From Carpediemonas membranifera BICM (Eukaryota; Protista; Fornicata): a DNA stretch of 64,000 nucleotides. The stretch lies in contig JAHDYR010000067.1 of assembly GCA_019828565.1 (NCBI GenBank), forward strand, positions 170,723 to 234,722, written 5' to 3'. The notes beneath the pieces are model-generated. The model saw only the letters and a program-made list of their open reading frames with translations. It had not been told where the DNA came from and made no database searches. Of the stretch, positions 43,739-56,130 are shown piece by piece. Each line of letters starts with the position of its first letter. Position 1 is the first letter of the stretch. The translations under genes and the position numbers were made by a program.

Positions 43739-46700
43739 GTATGACGACACTCTCCACCGCTGGCTCGACCCTTCCGACCGGCTGCCGAAGCGTGCAGTCC
43801 TGCGGTCCTTCGAGTCATCCTGCAAGAGCGCGGCCCCACACACGGTACGTGCGGTTCTGGAGACCCTAACGGCCCTCCAGAAGTATACGACTGTGACCGC
43901 GCTCGCCACTGACCTCGTAAGCGAGCTCCGCGCCCTGGAGGTCGCATCAACACGGGCCGCCACTTACGCCCACACTCCCACACAGCCCAAGGTCCAACCT
44001 CCGGCTGCCACTGTGGCACCACCTGCCACGTCAACCTCGGTCGCCCCGTCTGCCGCTACAGCACCCAAGACGCCCGCGACCACCCGCACGCCCACTCAAC
44101 CGAGACCTCAGGGCGCTGCCAAAGCTACCCACGGCCCTAGAGCCCCAGCATCGAAGGGCTCGAAGGACGATTCAGCGGTCTCAGCCGCGTTCGCCGCAAG
44201 ATGGTGTGACCCTAAGAAGCCGCCATTCGAGGGGATGACGTGGTGTGATCTTCACGGTCGCTGGGGAAGCCACGAGCGTAGCAAGTGCTCGCTGGCCCAG
44301 CCTAAGATCACTGTCACCCCGACTGCGACGACTCAGCCAGCCGCCGCCACCAAGACACACCCCATGAGCCTCCGCCAGAACCCGCCACAGAACAAGTTCC
44401 CCAACATGGTCGTCCATGCGGTGGAGGCGCCTGTGAACCAGGTGGCAACCCCCGACTCTAAGCCCATCCGGGTCCACATCACCCTCAACGGGGTCCGGAC
44501 CACAGCCGAGCTAGACACTGGCGCAGCGGTCAGTTGTGTCAGCGAGGGTACGCGCGATGTTATCGCAGCTGTTTCGAAGCAGCCGACTTCCCCGGTTGGT
44601 ACCATCGACCTGAAGGTCGCCAACCAGGTGACCGTCGCAGCAGACCAGGTCCCTCTACAGCTCACCATGCCAGGTGCCAACACGACGCTCTCCCTAACTT
44701 GGAACTTCTCCGTTCTGGAAGGCCAAGGGCACTCCGTACTGCTGGGCCGGGACGTCCTCCGAGAGGTAGGACTGCTGACTGACTCGGCACTGATCATTCC
44801 GACGGAGGCTCCACCGGACGATGAAGATGATATCGAGGCGATCGGCTACCTTGGGTCCGACTCTGCCGAGCCCGCTCGAGAAGCCGAGGTCCGCATTGCG
44901 GCGGAGCTTGAGAAGGTCACTATCCCTGACGGTCCGCTTCACGACCGGCTTGTCGACCTGGTATACGAGTTCCGCGAGTTGTTCGACCCCGTCCTGCCGC
45001 CTGAGGGGTCTACCCTCACACCGTTCACACTTGAACTCGAGGAGCCTTTCACTGCCAAGGCTAAGCCGCGACCCATCAAGGGTCACCTCGACGTAATTCA
45101 GCAGGAGATCCAGCGACTGCTGGACGAGGGCATCATACGACCGAGCGTCAGCCCGGTCGCGTCCCCACACGTTCTAGCGGACAAGAAGGGCGGCCAGAAG
45201 CGCTTCTGCGTGGCCTACAACGCCCTTAACGCGGTCACGGTCAAGGACGCGTACCCGCTCCCGGACACCCGTGATTTCATCAACAGCGCATCAGGTTGCT
45301 CGTTCTTTGGCAGCCTGGACCTGCGTTCGGGGTATAATCAGATGGTCCTCGACCCTTCTGTCTGCTCCTTGACGGCGTTCGTCGTACCAGGGGGTCAGTT
45401 CGAGTACGTGCGCCTTCCTTTTGGCCTCACGAACGCCCCTGGACGTTTCCAACGTGCAATGGATGACGCCCTTCGCGGCGTGGAGGGCACGAGCGTCTAC
45501 GTCGACGACATATTGAACTATGCCAACGACGCCGAAGTGTACCTCGCCAGAACACGACAACTACTGACACGCCTGCGCCAGCACCGTCTTCGGCTGAAGG
45601 CCGAAAAGTGCACCCTTGGTGCACCCGAGACGGAAGCCCTCGGTTTCGTGCTCAACCGCGATGGCCATCGTGTTTCCGAGAGCCGTAAGCAGGCCCTGCT
45701 CGATATGCCACGGCCCACGACCATCAAGGAGCTTCGCCGAGTTCTCGGCAAGTTTAACTTCCTGGCCCGCTTCATCGACGGGCTGAGCGAGGCCGCCGAG
45801 CCGCTCCACCAACTACTCCGCCCCGAGGCAGACATCACCATGCAGTGGGGGGAGGTTCACGATGCGGCCTACGCTGAACTGAAGCGCCGCGCGACTGCCG
45901 ACACCATTCTGGCTCTGCCGGACGTCTCTAAGACCTGGATCCTGGAGACGGATGCCTCCGACGTTGCCTGCGGCGGTGTGTTATGGCAGGTCTCCGATGA
46001 CGAGTCGCGACTCCCCATCTCCTTTTTCGGGCACAAGTTCACAGAAACCCAGCGCAGATGGGCCACTGTGGACCAGGAGCTATACGGGATCATACATTGT
46101 GTTACCCGGGCAGATTTAGCTCCTCTGTTGAAGCTCAAACCTTTCCTCATCCGCACGGATCACAAGAACCTCGTCACTATGGTCATCAAGAGCGAGGAAG
46201 GCAATCGGAAGCTCACTCGTTGGCGAACGATACTAGCGGAGTACCCCTACTCCATCGAGCATGTCAAGGGCGCAGACAATGTCGTTGCCGACAGTTTGTC
46301 GCGGCCACCCGTGGTTGCGGCCGTCAACCTGTCCACGGAGGTGCGAGCAGCTCAGGCCGCCGACCCCTCGGTTTCGCGCCTGCCCACTGACGCCGACGGT
46401 CTCCACGTTCACGATGGGGTCGCCGTTATCCCCGAGGGAGCTACCGACTTGAAGGCGAAGCTCATCGCCGAGGCCCACCGCTACCACGCCGGCGCCGTCA
46501 ACACAGCCGCTAACCTACGCGCGATGGGTTTCACCTGGCCAGCCGTCATCGACGACTGTCGTTCTTACGTGAGCAAGTGTGCCCTGTGCCAGAAGGCGCG
46601 ACTCGCCCGTTTCAGAGAGTCGGCTCTCGCGTCCACCATGGTACACACACCGTTTGACACCGTCTCGGTCGACACAGTCGGCCCCCTTCACACAGACGCA

Positions 46701-47708
46701 TGGGGCAACAGGTTTATCCTGGTCATCATTGACGCATTCACGCGTTATGTGGAGCTTGTACCCATGCCCAACCACACCGCGGACTCCGTCGCAGGGGCAA
46801 TTTGGACCGCCATCATGGGCAGACATGGCCTACCAACCACAATTCGGACTGACAATGGCCCGGAGTTTGTGAACAGGGTCCTCAATGCCCTCCTCAGACG
46901 CCTCAACGTTACACACCACCGCACTCTGCCGTACCACCCGGCGTCGAACGGGATCGTAGAGCGCGTGAATTACGAGATCAAACGGCATCTCCGCCTCCTT
47001 TGCGCGAAGTTTAACACACACAGCAACTGGTCCCCGCTGGTGCCGTACGTGCAACATGTCATCAATCACTCTCGTCACTCCGCAACGGGGTTCACCCCGC
47101 ACCAACTCCTCTTCGGCTACCCCTCCGGCCTCACGTTTGTACACGAGCCGGCTGACAGGGCCGAGACCGAGCCACTGGCTTCTCTGGACGACTACATGTC
47201 CGACCTTCAGTCGTACCTTGACGGGCTGCGCGCGAAGGCGGTGGCGAAGCAGGAGCGCATCATCAGGTCAAGATCCGCTGTCACAGCGCAGTTCAAAGCG
47301 GGCGACTTCGTCCTCCTAGCCAACGAGAGAGAGACCAAGCTCCACGGTGCCATTGGCCCCTTTAAGGTGGTCAGCATAGGGGAAAACAAGGCTGTCACCA
47401 TTCAGCATCTTGTCGATTTGTCGGAGCGCACTGTCCACCAGGACAAGCTCTTTCTCTTTGACGCCGACGCCACGCTTGAGCAGATGCGAATGTTTGCCGT
47501 CGGTGATCGGGAGGAGTTCCTCCCATCCCGCATCCTGTCTTGCGACAGAGACGCTCACACATTTCTGATCGAATGGGATGGCTTCCCGGCCTCGGAGGCC
47601 ACCGAGGAGCCGATGGCCAGTCTGGCCAACCACCCCAAGGGCAAGCTAATCCTCAAGGATCTTGAGGAGGGGCAGGATGTGGCGTTTCCTGTCTCGTTGC
47701 TCCAGTGA
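43739..47708 (+). CDS. Element D gag-pol remainder: NC, PR, RT, RH, IN and chromodomain
   Basis: LDTGA, YVDD, TDASD, TDNG, NGIVER, FLIEWDGF; stop codon lies inside the 3' LTR. Confidence 0.96.
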
Positions 47709-47852
47709 GTTTTGTCAGTTTAAACCACTTCACCAGTTCTTGCCTTGATTCGGCACACCGCTTGAATCTACGCCACCGCTGGTGGGTCAGACCGTCTAGC
47801 GGGGCTGGGGCATCATGTTAGTGGTAATCGGGAACATTACTAGTAGATCTAC

Positions 47853-47955
47853 TGTGGTGTTGCCGAGGTAACACGCTGTACAAGTTTAATGCAAAACCCG
47901 CCATCGACACCAGGGTGTCGAGAGACCAAACGAGACTTAATCAAATTAAATGACA
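47853..47955 (-). mobile_element. 5' LTR of element E (about 103 bp)
   Basis: TG..CA ends, TCGACAC-N4-GTGTCGA hairpin, followed by a palindrome and the gag ATG at 47837. Confidence 0.75.
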
Positions 47956-48177
47956 AGGCCAGGACTATGTCCTAGTTCCGCTTCTCGCGGCCGTCAATGA
48001 TATCGCCGCCAACACACCGCTCAAACTGAACTACAGGGAGGAGGATGTCGGGTTTGACGTGCGCTCCATGCCACGACTAGACTCACTCGCCGACGCCATA
48101 TCAATCCAATCCATACATGATCGTGCATCGCGTGGCAGTGCAAAGTGGTCCGTTGTCTTTTGACATGGAAAGTAACG

Positions 48178-50797
48178 CGGGCGTGGCTTATTCAGAGATT
48201 CCAGTCGACCTAACCGGAGACTGTCCCAGAGAACATAGTGGCTATCCCCGCCTTCGGGTAGATCGCGTAACAGGGTCGTGGGGGCATTGAAGAGTATCTC
48301 CCGGACAGAAGAGAAGATGCCTATGTCCGAGGAACGCAGAGAATCATCAGAGAATGGAGAGCGCCATAGACAAAAAGACCTGTGGGGGAAGAACCCACCT
48401 GCGAAGGTGCCGGGGACAGATTTCTACGCCCTAATAGCGTGTCGGGCACTATTAGAGACAGGAAAACGGCAACACCGTACGGAGAGAGCTGAAGAGCTCG
48501 TAGACTGATTGGAACCGAATCGAAGTCGACGCAGTAAGGTGGCTGGCTCAGAGCGTGTAACCCAGCACTGAGAGAGCCAGGAGTGCCCCGGTTAACCTTA
48601 GGCCAGGAAAATGGGAGCAAGAAGGCCCGGGGTGAGAATCAATGTTCGTGGACGATACAGCGGTCACAGGGGAGACACCGGAAAAGAGCAAGATAGTGGC
48701 GAACCTAGTCATAGAAGTTATCAAGGAGCACCTCATGAGGGCAAATGCACAAAAGAGTGAGATGATCAGTGTAGACAGGGCAGCAGTGGCGAGAGTGGGG
48801 GGAGTTACCCTAATGGCAAAAGAGGAAGCTAAGTACCTAGGTCTCTGGATAGCCAGCGGAAAAGACCCACTGGCAGCCTGTATCAGAAAGAAGCGGGAGC
48901 AGAGCGAAAGGTACAAGAAGCTAGTGAGAAGAGTGGGATGGACCAGAGGCAACATGCCGGCGCTAGCCAGCAGGCTCCTCCTCGAAGTTTACATATGGCC
49001 GAGGATAATGTTTGGAGTGGAGGTGTGGGGCTACGCAGCAGGGGGGAACAAGATATGGACGGATTGGCAGGGCATCATGGCCGGAACAGGCCCAGGTGGG
49101 GGCTCGGTCATGCGCATCTTGAACGGATGGATGGACCTGCAAGCCCACCTGGAGATGCTAGCAGTCAAGAGGATCGTGACAAGCAGGGGCCAGGATTTAC
49201 CAATCAGAGACAGGGTCTGGAAGGAGGGATCGATTATGTGGAAAGCCAGGGACTCAGTGAACGCACTCCTCAGAGGAACAAGAGAGGGAGCAACGAATGC
49301 AGGGAAGATAGACTTTGGTAGGGAGATGGTAAGAATGAACTGGACCAGGAGGTGCAAGAGCAAGACAGCGGTGGGGCTCATGGAAGTCCTAGGACCCAAA
49401 CGTATGGGAAAGTGCATGGCGGGGAAACCGGCCATAAGTAGGAAGACAGGGAAGTGGCAGTCAAGGGCAGAGTGGAAAAGGATAGTGTCGGTGGCAGCGA
49501 ATGTCAGCCCGTCTCCATCATCAGCGGAAAGGGGAGAAGGCCCAGAGCGAGCGCTGGCGGACCTGGCGATGGGTGAGGAACTCAAACACAAGATACAAAG
49601 GAGGTGCCCCTGTGCACAAAGGAGAGCGAGATAGAGTTACTGTGGCAAATAGCGAGAGAGCAGCCAAACCAAGCCAGGAAGCAGGCACTAATCAGGGAGT
49701 GGGTAAGGGGTCAGCCGCTGGGATCGGCGGCCCACATTATGTGTGAGTGCCCAGAGGTTGAAAGAGGAGATGACTGGGAAAAGATATGGAAGACAGCTAA
49801 GGAGAGGACCAGGGAATTGCAAGTCAGAAGAGGCCCGAATGGGAGGTGGTATGAGAAGAGGCCAATCTTAGAGGTGCAACAACTAGTGTTAACAGGGTCG
49901 GAAGAGATATGGGAAGGACTGCGAGCTGGGCTGAGAGCCCTGGCAAAGGTCTATGATAGCTATAGAATAGATGGATAGATAAGGAACACCACATCCAGAA
50001 AGGGGGCAGGGAAGCATAGACTCTGGGATCAAGGGGAGACCCCCCATGTTTCCCAGGGAGAGGGCAGGGCCAGGGACAGAGGAAATCCATCAATTGGATG
50101 GTTGCACCACTCGCGGTGAACCTAAGGAAACTGCAGGGACTGAGCATGGGATACGGGGGGACATGACGTCCCCGCCGCCCTTGTGAACGATAGAGGGACG
50201 CTGGGATGTGTAGCACAGGAGAACTATCATAAGGGGTACTAGGCCTTGCAGATCTAGAGTCTGTGTTAGCCCTAGCCCACGCCGCCTAACAGGGGTAGAT
50301 GAGAGGGACTTAGTTGCTTTCCCCGCCCACGGGTAGGCCACTTAACAGAGTCGTGGGGGCACTGAACAGGGAATCTGGAAAGAGGAGAGGGTGCCATGCT
50401 TGAACGACCCCGTAGGGACTGCAGGGAATCAGGGAGTGCTATAGAGAAGGTCTTGCAGGACAAACCTGCCTGTGGAAGCACCGAGGACAGACCCCCAGGC
50501 TCCCTGGAAGCTGCCGGGTTTACAGGGAGACAGGAAAGCGCTCAGCGCACGGAGATGGCGAAGGCCTATGGGGGGAAGTGAAATCGGGAGTGAGCGGAAG
50601 CAGTAGCACCGAATCGCTCGTTGGACGCAGCTGACAAGTTCAATCGCAGGGAGGAGGCAGCGCCCCGGGGAACTCGGCTCCAGTAATAAGGGAGATCAGC
50701 CTAAGTAACCGGGGCCCGATACCAGGCACCATAAATTTTCTTTCTTTCTTTCCCGGGGTGAGAATCACAGCACCATCTAAACTTCTTCTTCTTCTCT
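48178..50797 (+). mobile_element. SINE-like retroposon of about 494 bp (48178-48641 plus 50768-50797), split by a LINE
   Basis: 15-bp TSD ACATGGAAAGTAACG (48163-48177 and 50798-50812), (CTT)n tail, similar to the LINE 3' region. Confidence 0.85.
48642..50751 (+). mobile_element. 5'-truncated non-LTR retrotransposon (RT C-terminus, CCHC-like end, long 3' UTR)
   Basis: FVDD, KYLGL, HIMCECP; 16-bp TSD CCCGGGGTGAGAATCA (48626-48641 and 50752-50767); (CTTT)n tail. Confidence 0.9.
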
Positions 50798-50816
50798 ACA
50801 TGGAAAGTAACGTTAC

Positions 50817-50910
50817 TGTGGTCTGTCTTAGGACACAAAAGGTTTTCAAGACTAAAGCTCGACACTCAAAGTGTCGAGATGGACCAATAAAGACCCTATT
50901 AAATGGAGGT
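50817..50910 (-). mobile_element. Truncated 5' LTR of a decayed element F
   Basis: Ends ..CCACA on the minus strand, followed by palindrome AGTAACGTTACT; contains the CTCGACAC..GTGTCGAG hairpin; outer end not found. Confidence 0.6.
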
Positions 50911-51004
50911 ATTTAATATTTAGCAAATATGGTTGCCGAAAGTTAAAATGACCTAACCTTCTTGCGCACTTTTAGCACTTTCTGAGCAGCTGAACTAGTA
51001 GCCA

Positions 51005-51485
51005 ATGCCGTGCAGTGTCTGCAAGCGCAATGGTCACAACCGCACATCGTGCCCGTTTAGACACCTGATTGAGCGTTCTGATGACAGGACACTCCTCTCC
51101 GTCATGCAGGACTTGGTTGAACGGAATGCGATCGCAAAGGAACTGCCTGTGGAGCGAGTGGCTTCATGGGCAGTTCAAATACTGAATGGTAACAGCTTCA
51201 CATCTTTCTCTTTACACAGGAACCGCCTCTTTCGATGATCCGCCCACCGGCCTTTGCTCTCCGGCCAGTCCGCAGTATGTGGCCCCCGACCGCCAGAGGG
51301 AGCGAGATATAGGCGTCCAGCAAGCACGCCCGCATCAAGATTACTTGTCTGTTCCAGTCCCGGCCGCCAGACTGATGGAGGTCTACACTCTCCTTGCGTC
51401 AGTTCCACCCCAGGAGACAGTGGCTGCAACACCATCTATCAGCCAGTCTCTCGGCCCCTCCGAGAGCCTCTTCCCAGACGAATAA
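51005..51485 (+). CDS. CCHC zinc-knuckle accessory protein; exons 51005-51188 and 51220-51485
   Basis: Homolog of 14501-15057; 31-nt intron 51189-51219 at the same codon position. Confidence 0.85.
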
Positions 51486-51505
51486 ACACTTGTTCCTGAT
51501 GATCT

Positions 51506-51990
51506 TTAGTCGAAGCCGCGAGAACGGTATAGCGCTGGAATGTCCATCCAGTCCTGGAGCGTGTCGAACTGTGCGATGATATGCTGAAGGTGTTTCTCGC
51601 CGCTTGGTTTGAACTTGGCCACTCTTGCCTTCACGCCAGCGAAAACAATCTCTATCGGGTTCAGATTGGGCGAATATCCCGGCAAGAACCACCTCGTCTC
51701 CGAGATCATGTTGAGCTCCTCTGTGATCGACACGACAAGTGAACGGCTGGTCCGACGCCGACTTGCCATCTACCAGCGTCTTCAGCTGCCTGCCGATCCT
51801 GCTCTTCTTTGTAACCCTTTTCTTGCGCTCCTTCTTCTGTGAAAGCCCAATAATAATATATGGCCGACAGTTTTGCGATATCTGGTCAAGTGATGCCTTG
51901 TTGTTCGGCTTGCAGTACAACACAATCACCCTCGTAAGGCTCTTGACCTTCATTCCGGTTCGGTTCTTTACGATGTCTACAGCCATACTG
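51506..51990 (-). pseudogene. Internally deleted relative of the DD37E transposase
   Basis: FLPGYSPNLNPIE..DIPALYRS matches the C-terminus of the ORF at 13494; the D1/D2 region is missing. Confidence 0.85.
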
Positions 51991-52378
51991 TAGAACTCTT
52001 GTTTCGGGGATATCAACTTGTTCAATGATCTGTGGGCAATGTTCGGTGTTCCTACTAGCCTTAACCTTGATAATAAGCTCTTTAGGCATCGATGCTTCAA
52101 TCTGTCATTGCCGGTCAAACCACACGGGCTCCTCGCCCGTCCCACATCGATAACGACATTGAGCTAATCGTCCAGCCAGAGCGCCAGTGGCGCAGGAGTC
52201 GGCGGCATGCTACTCCAGGCACACCCTGATGGCACGAGAGATACGATAGCTGTGGTGTCTAACGACAGAGTCGATTGTGCAGTTTATAAACAGACTTTTC
52301 CCTGATCATTGAAGCTATCCAGATTCCACAATAGCCTTCACATCGGCGACGCTCACTGCCGCACAAAGAAACTGGACG

Positions 52379-52560
52379 TTGATCGAGAAAGAGGCGTACG
52401 CCCTGTATAGAAGCCTCCAGGACTTCCGCCCTTATCTCTACTACCACGTGTACGACCACCTCGTGACGCTGACAGCTTCCGTCAGCGCCAAGGTAGAGCG
52501 CTGGAGATACCGCATCTCAGAGTTTGCACTCACTATTCGCCTGGCGCCGAAAACAGACAG
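52379..52560 (+). pseudogene. Decayed Ty3 RNase H fragment
   Basis: IEKEAYAL..FRPYL..DH..KVERW. Confidence 0.7.
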
Positions 52561-54938
52561 CGTCCAGCTCGGGGTGCTCCAGGTCTACTGCAGGCGGCTC
52601 TACAGGTTGATCTCCACTGGCCGGGCGGGTACTGGCACGACCGACACAGTGGCGGCCATGCCTCTACGTCTGAAACCCCACCCCTCTTCGTCGACCTCGG
52701 TGTAGTGATTGTTTATTTGAGTTTTGTCCTCTTCTGAGGTTTACTCTAAATTCCACTTCTCCTTTGCTTCAGTGTTTCACCACAGTTATAACTGGATCCA
52801 ATGAATACCGAAGCTCTTTCCCAATTCCTGGCACCATACCTTAAGAAGACGTCCCAAAAAGCCTGGACGACATTCCGCGAGGAATACTTGGCTTATACAG
52901 CACGCGCAACAACTCCAATCCCCATCCACCAGCTCATCGCTCCCTCCGTCCTCGCAATCTTCTGCCTTCGTGATCCCCAGCTCGAAAGAGTGATCCACAA
53001 CTCCATCACTCAGAGAATCTTCGAGGCTGAAGAGGCCAACAACGAGGAACCGGGCAACCTGCTCGCTCACGACGACGCAAGCGATGACAGCGAAGGATCC
53101 GACACCGAAGAATCCTCCGATTCCGAGGAGGAAATCGTCGTTGATCCCATTCCCCACGGGGATATCGACTACAACGAGGTGATAATGAACGAGATCGATG
53201 AGATCTTCGCTCCACTCGATACCCAAGACGCTCTGGACCGCATCGCAGCTGTCTATTTCCAGCCGACTGATGACCTGTAGCAGCCTGTAATCGGCCGTAG
53301 ATTCACAGTTCACTGCGATCAGAGAAACTTGCAGTGGATGGAGACTTCGGAGAACCCAAAAGTCGTCAGGTGGCGCCAAGCCTTGGACGGATTCGACTTC
53401 AAGGTCATACACGTTCCTGGTTCAGAGAACGGCGCAGCAGATGCTCTTTCGAGAGTCGTTGCCATATCCTGCGCAGACGCCGACGCAGAAAATCACCATG
53501 ATGCAATTCAACGCGCACACTGCGCAACTCGTGGCCATCAAGGCGTTACGGCTACAATTAACCGCCTAATACAAGACAATTGCTCCTGGAAAGGCATGGC
53601 AAGCGACGTTAAGGCATTTATCAGCCAATGTCCCGTTTGTCAGCTCGCGAAGGGAAACATGAAGCCACCAGTACAGTTCAGGCATCCTACACACGGCGAG
53701 TATCCATTCCAAGTGGTACAAATCGACGCTATCGGACCTATGACGGAGATCGACGAGTTTTCCCATGCACTCGTCGTAATCGACACCTTTTCGAAGCTCC
53801 TTCAGGCATAACCGATCAAGAACACCTCATCCAGCGAGGCCATCAGAGTTCTTGACACCTTCTTTGGACACTACGGCTTCCCGAGCAGGATCTCATGTGA
53901 TGGCGCCAGCCAGTTCACGTCCAAGGAGTTCCGCGACCACGCAGACCAATGCAACATCGCCCTAGAGATCGGCACACCGTACCATCCCGCCGGCCGAGGG
54001 ATAGTTGAGCGCGCTAACCGCGAGGTTAAGAAGCATCTCCACGCGCTCGCTCTCGAGGCCGAATAACATTGGGTCAACAACATGCCCATCGCTGTAGACA
54101 TCATCAACAACACCCCATTCACTCGCTCAGGCGTATCACCGTTCCGTATGCTCTTCCACCGAGACGCACCAGTCGGCGAGCCCGACGACTCTATGGCGGA
54201 GCTGCTTAAGAAGTTCGCCGAGCAGACCACGCTGGCGAGACAGAAGCACGCAGCGCACCTTCCCCAAGCTGAACCAGTGTGGTTCGTTTGACGAACTATG
54301 TTTACAAGAGGAGAAGACTCGACACAATGGTGTCGAGGAGAAACTCCTTGACTAACTAATATCATATATAAATCTGTGTAATCTTGGGTGAGACCCATGA
54401 CACTGCCCCTCCATGCCTCAATGAGGCATGACCCCAGACAGCGTGAGCTTTGACGGCTGGCTACTGCCAGTGGGGGTGAATGTTGGCTCTTGGGGGCCGG
54501 TCCTGGTGGGTGCCAACCACCGATCGAGCCCCTTTTTTGCGACCTTGGCGGGGACACAACAAGAAGCACAACGACGTGCAAAATAGCACAGCTTACAATC
54601 GCGCGGTACCGCTGGGTTAGAAGGATCCTACCATAGGGGTTCTGCCCCTCCTCGGCTTTTCCTCGCCGAAAATCGAAATGTGACGTACCTTAAAATGCTT
54701 GGGTGCAGGTTATGGCCATCCAAGCACAACGATGGTGAAACACCGCCCCTTTCCAACTGTTTGCGCCATTAATCAGGTTGGTGCTGAAAATGGCATTTTC
54801 AGGCCTCAACGAGGCCTCTACGGCGAGATACGAGCCTTTTTCTTTGCAGCGTGAATTCACACCACGACTACGCTCAGATAGAGCTACTAAACGACTAAAC
54901 AACATCAAGACAACAATAAAGAGATCATAACTCCATGT

Positions 54939-56087
54939 TTGAGCGGCTTTCCATTCGGGATTGGGATGTTTCATTTTGCACCAATCTTGGTGCAAATGGT
55001 GACGGAACATTTGGGGGAATTGGCGCGGTTGCTGCAGCTAGTAGCTTCTGAGGAATCTGATGATCCTCGAATGCGTTCTCTGCAGCGCCGTTGTGCAACA
55101 TTGGGCTCCGACATCCAAAATCTGCGATCGTCACGCGTAGCGCCGGGCAACAGGAGGCGCAAGAGGCTTGTGCGCCGTCCCGTGTGTCACTCAGAGCCCG
55201 CTTCGTCGGTAGACGAGAGCTCGAACGATGACAGCGAAGAAGACGAATCGCCGACTTCTTCGGACGATGCCCCGGGGAATGACAGCTCCCCAACGCTGCC
55301 AGACGGCCAGCCCGAAGCCAACCAGCCTGCTGACGTGACTACTACGGTTCGCCAGCTCTCCCACGCCTCAGGAACGGACGTTTCGGACTTGAACCGGCTG
55401 GTCCATCGGCTGTTGGGCGAGCACGCCCATTCGATTGCTCTAACACTCACCCCGCTTATGAATTCTCTCCGTGAACAGCGGTTCGAGCGTGAGTTCTCCC
55501 TCGAAGACGTCGAACGCCAACTTAAGGGTGTTTCTTGTGCGCGTCGCGTGTTGCTCGATCTTCAGGCCTTCATGAAACTTGCCCAGGCACTACCTGAACT
55601 GGACCTGCATCGCGCCGCCACTTGGCACCATGAGATGGACGCTATCCGACGCAAGCTCCCTGGTAGGGGTGACAAGTCCCTCTGCCACCTCCTGGCCTTA
55701 GCCGTCTTCCCGGGAGTCTATGGTTTGCTTCAAGAGGCTTGCTACCGGTCCTCTGATATACCGGAGATGGAGAAGCGATTCCGCTTGGTCATGCGGGTAT
55801 TCAAAGCCCATCCACAGTGGGTACCGGTACTCATGACTACGGGCGACGGAGGGCTCCAGTTCACTGATGAGCTCCGTACTTATCGACTGGAACGAGTTGT
55901 TGGCAGTCGCAATGGCCCGGGTGGTCGACTCCTCACGTTGAAATGGGAAGACTACAGGTTTGTGACACGGTCGTACCCGACGCCGGAGTTGCTAGAATTG
56001 CCTGAAGTGGTAGCGCACCTTGCTCGTCACGGGGTTGAACCGCGCAGTACTGGACCTGCCTTCGCTGGTCGGGGCCGCCGACTCTAA
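54939..56087 (+). CDS. Antisense accessory ORF of B2 with a C-terminal chromo-like segment
   Basis: 382 aa; coiled coil, basic NLS-like stretch, acidic tract, YRLERVVGSR..LTLKWEDY. Confidence 0.75.
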   Translation: MSGFPFGIGMFHFAPILVQMVTEHLGELARLLQLVASEESDDPRMRSLQRRCATLGSDIQNLRSSRVAPGNRRRKRLVRRPVCHSEPASSVDESSNDDSEEDESPTSSDDAPGNDSSPTLPDGQPEANQPADVTTTVRQLSHASGTDVSDLNRLVHRLLGEHAHSIALTLTPLMNSLREQRFEREFSLEDVERQLKGVSCARRVLLDLQAFMKLAQALPELDLHRAATWHHEMDAIRRKLPGRGDKSLCHLLALAVFPGVYGLLQEACYRSSDIPEMEKRFRLVMRVFKAHPQWVPVLMTTGDGGLQFTDELRTYRLERVVGSRNGPGGRLLTLKWEDYRFVTRSYPTPELLELPEVVAHLARHGVEPRSTGPAFAGRGRRL

Positions 56088-56130
56088 CAACTAATCAACA
56101 ATAAATCAGGCGAGATGAGAATAGGAGGGT

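Larger units (their letters stand above)
35045..47757 (+). mobile_element. Ty3/gypsy element D, nested in E and carrying an 8-kb insertion
   Basis: Identical 80-bp LTRs at 35045-35124 and 47678-47757, TSD CCGC, PPT GAGGAGGGGCAGGA. Confidence 0.96.

Noticed and set aside
35045-47757. Element D as a retrotransposon that transduced the cargo through RNA
   Set aside because: The cargo disrupts gag and keeps a sense-strand intron, so DNA-level insertion fits better.
17690-47810. Many 1-nt frameshifts (about 17700, 17820, 20855, 24697, 38207, 40541, 42586, 47805) read as programmed recoding or true pseudogenisation
   Set aside because: They lie in homopolymer runs, and those in B differ between the two copies. 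Sequencing or assembly indels are the simpler explanation, pending short reads.
33292-47955. Pairing the LTR at 33292-33363 with 47853-47955 as the two LTRs of E
   Set aside because: The sequences do not match; likely a deletion joining two families.
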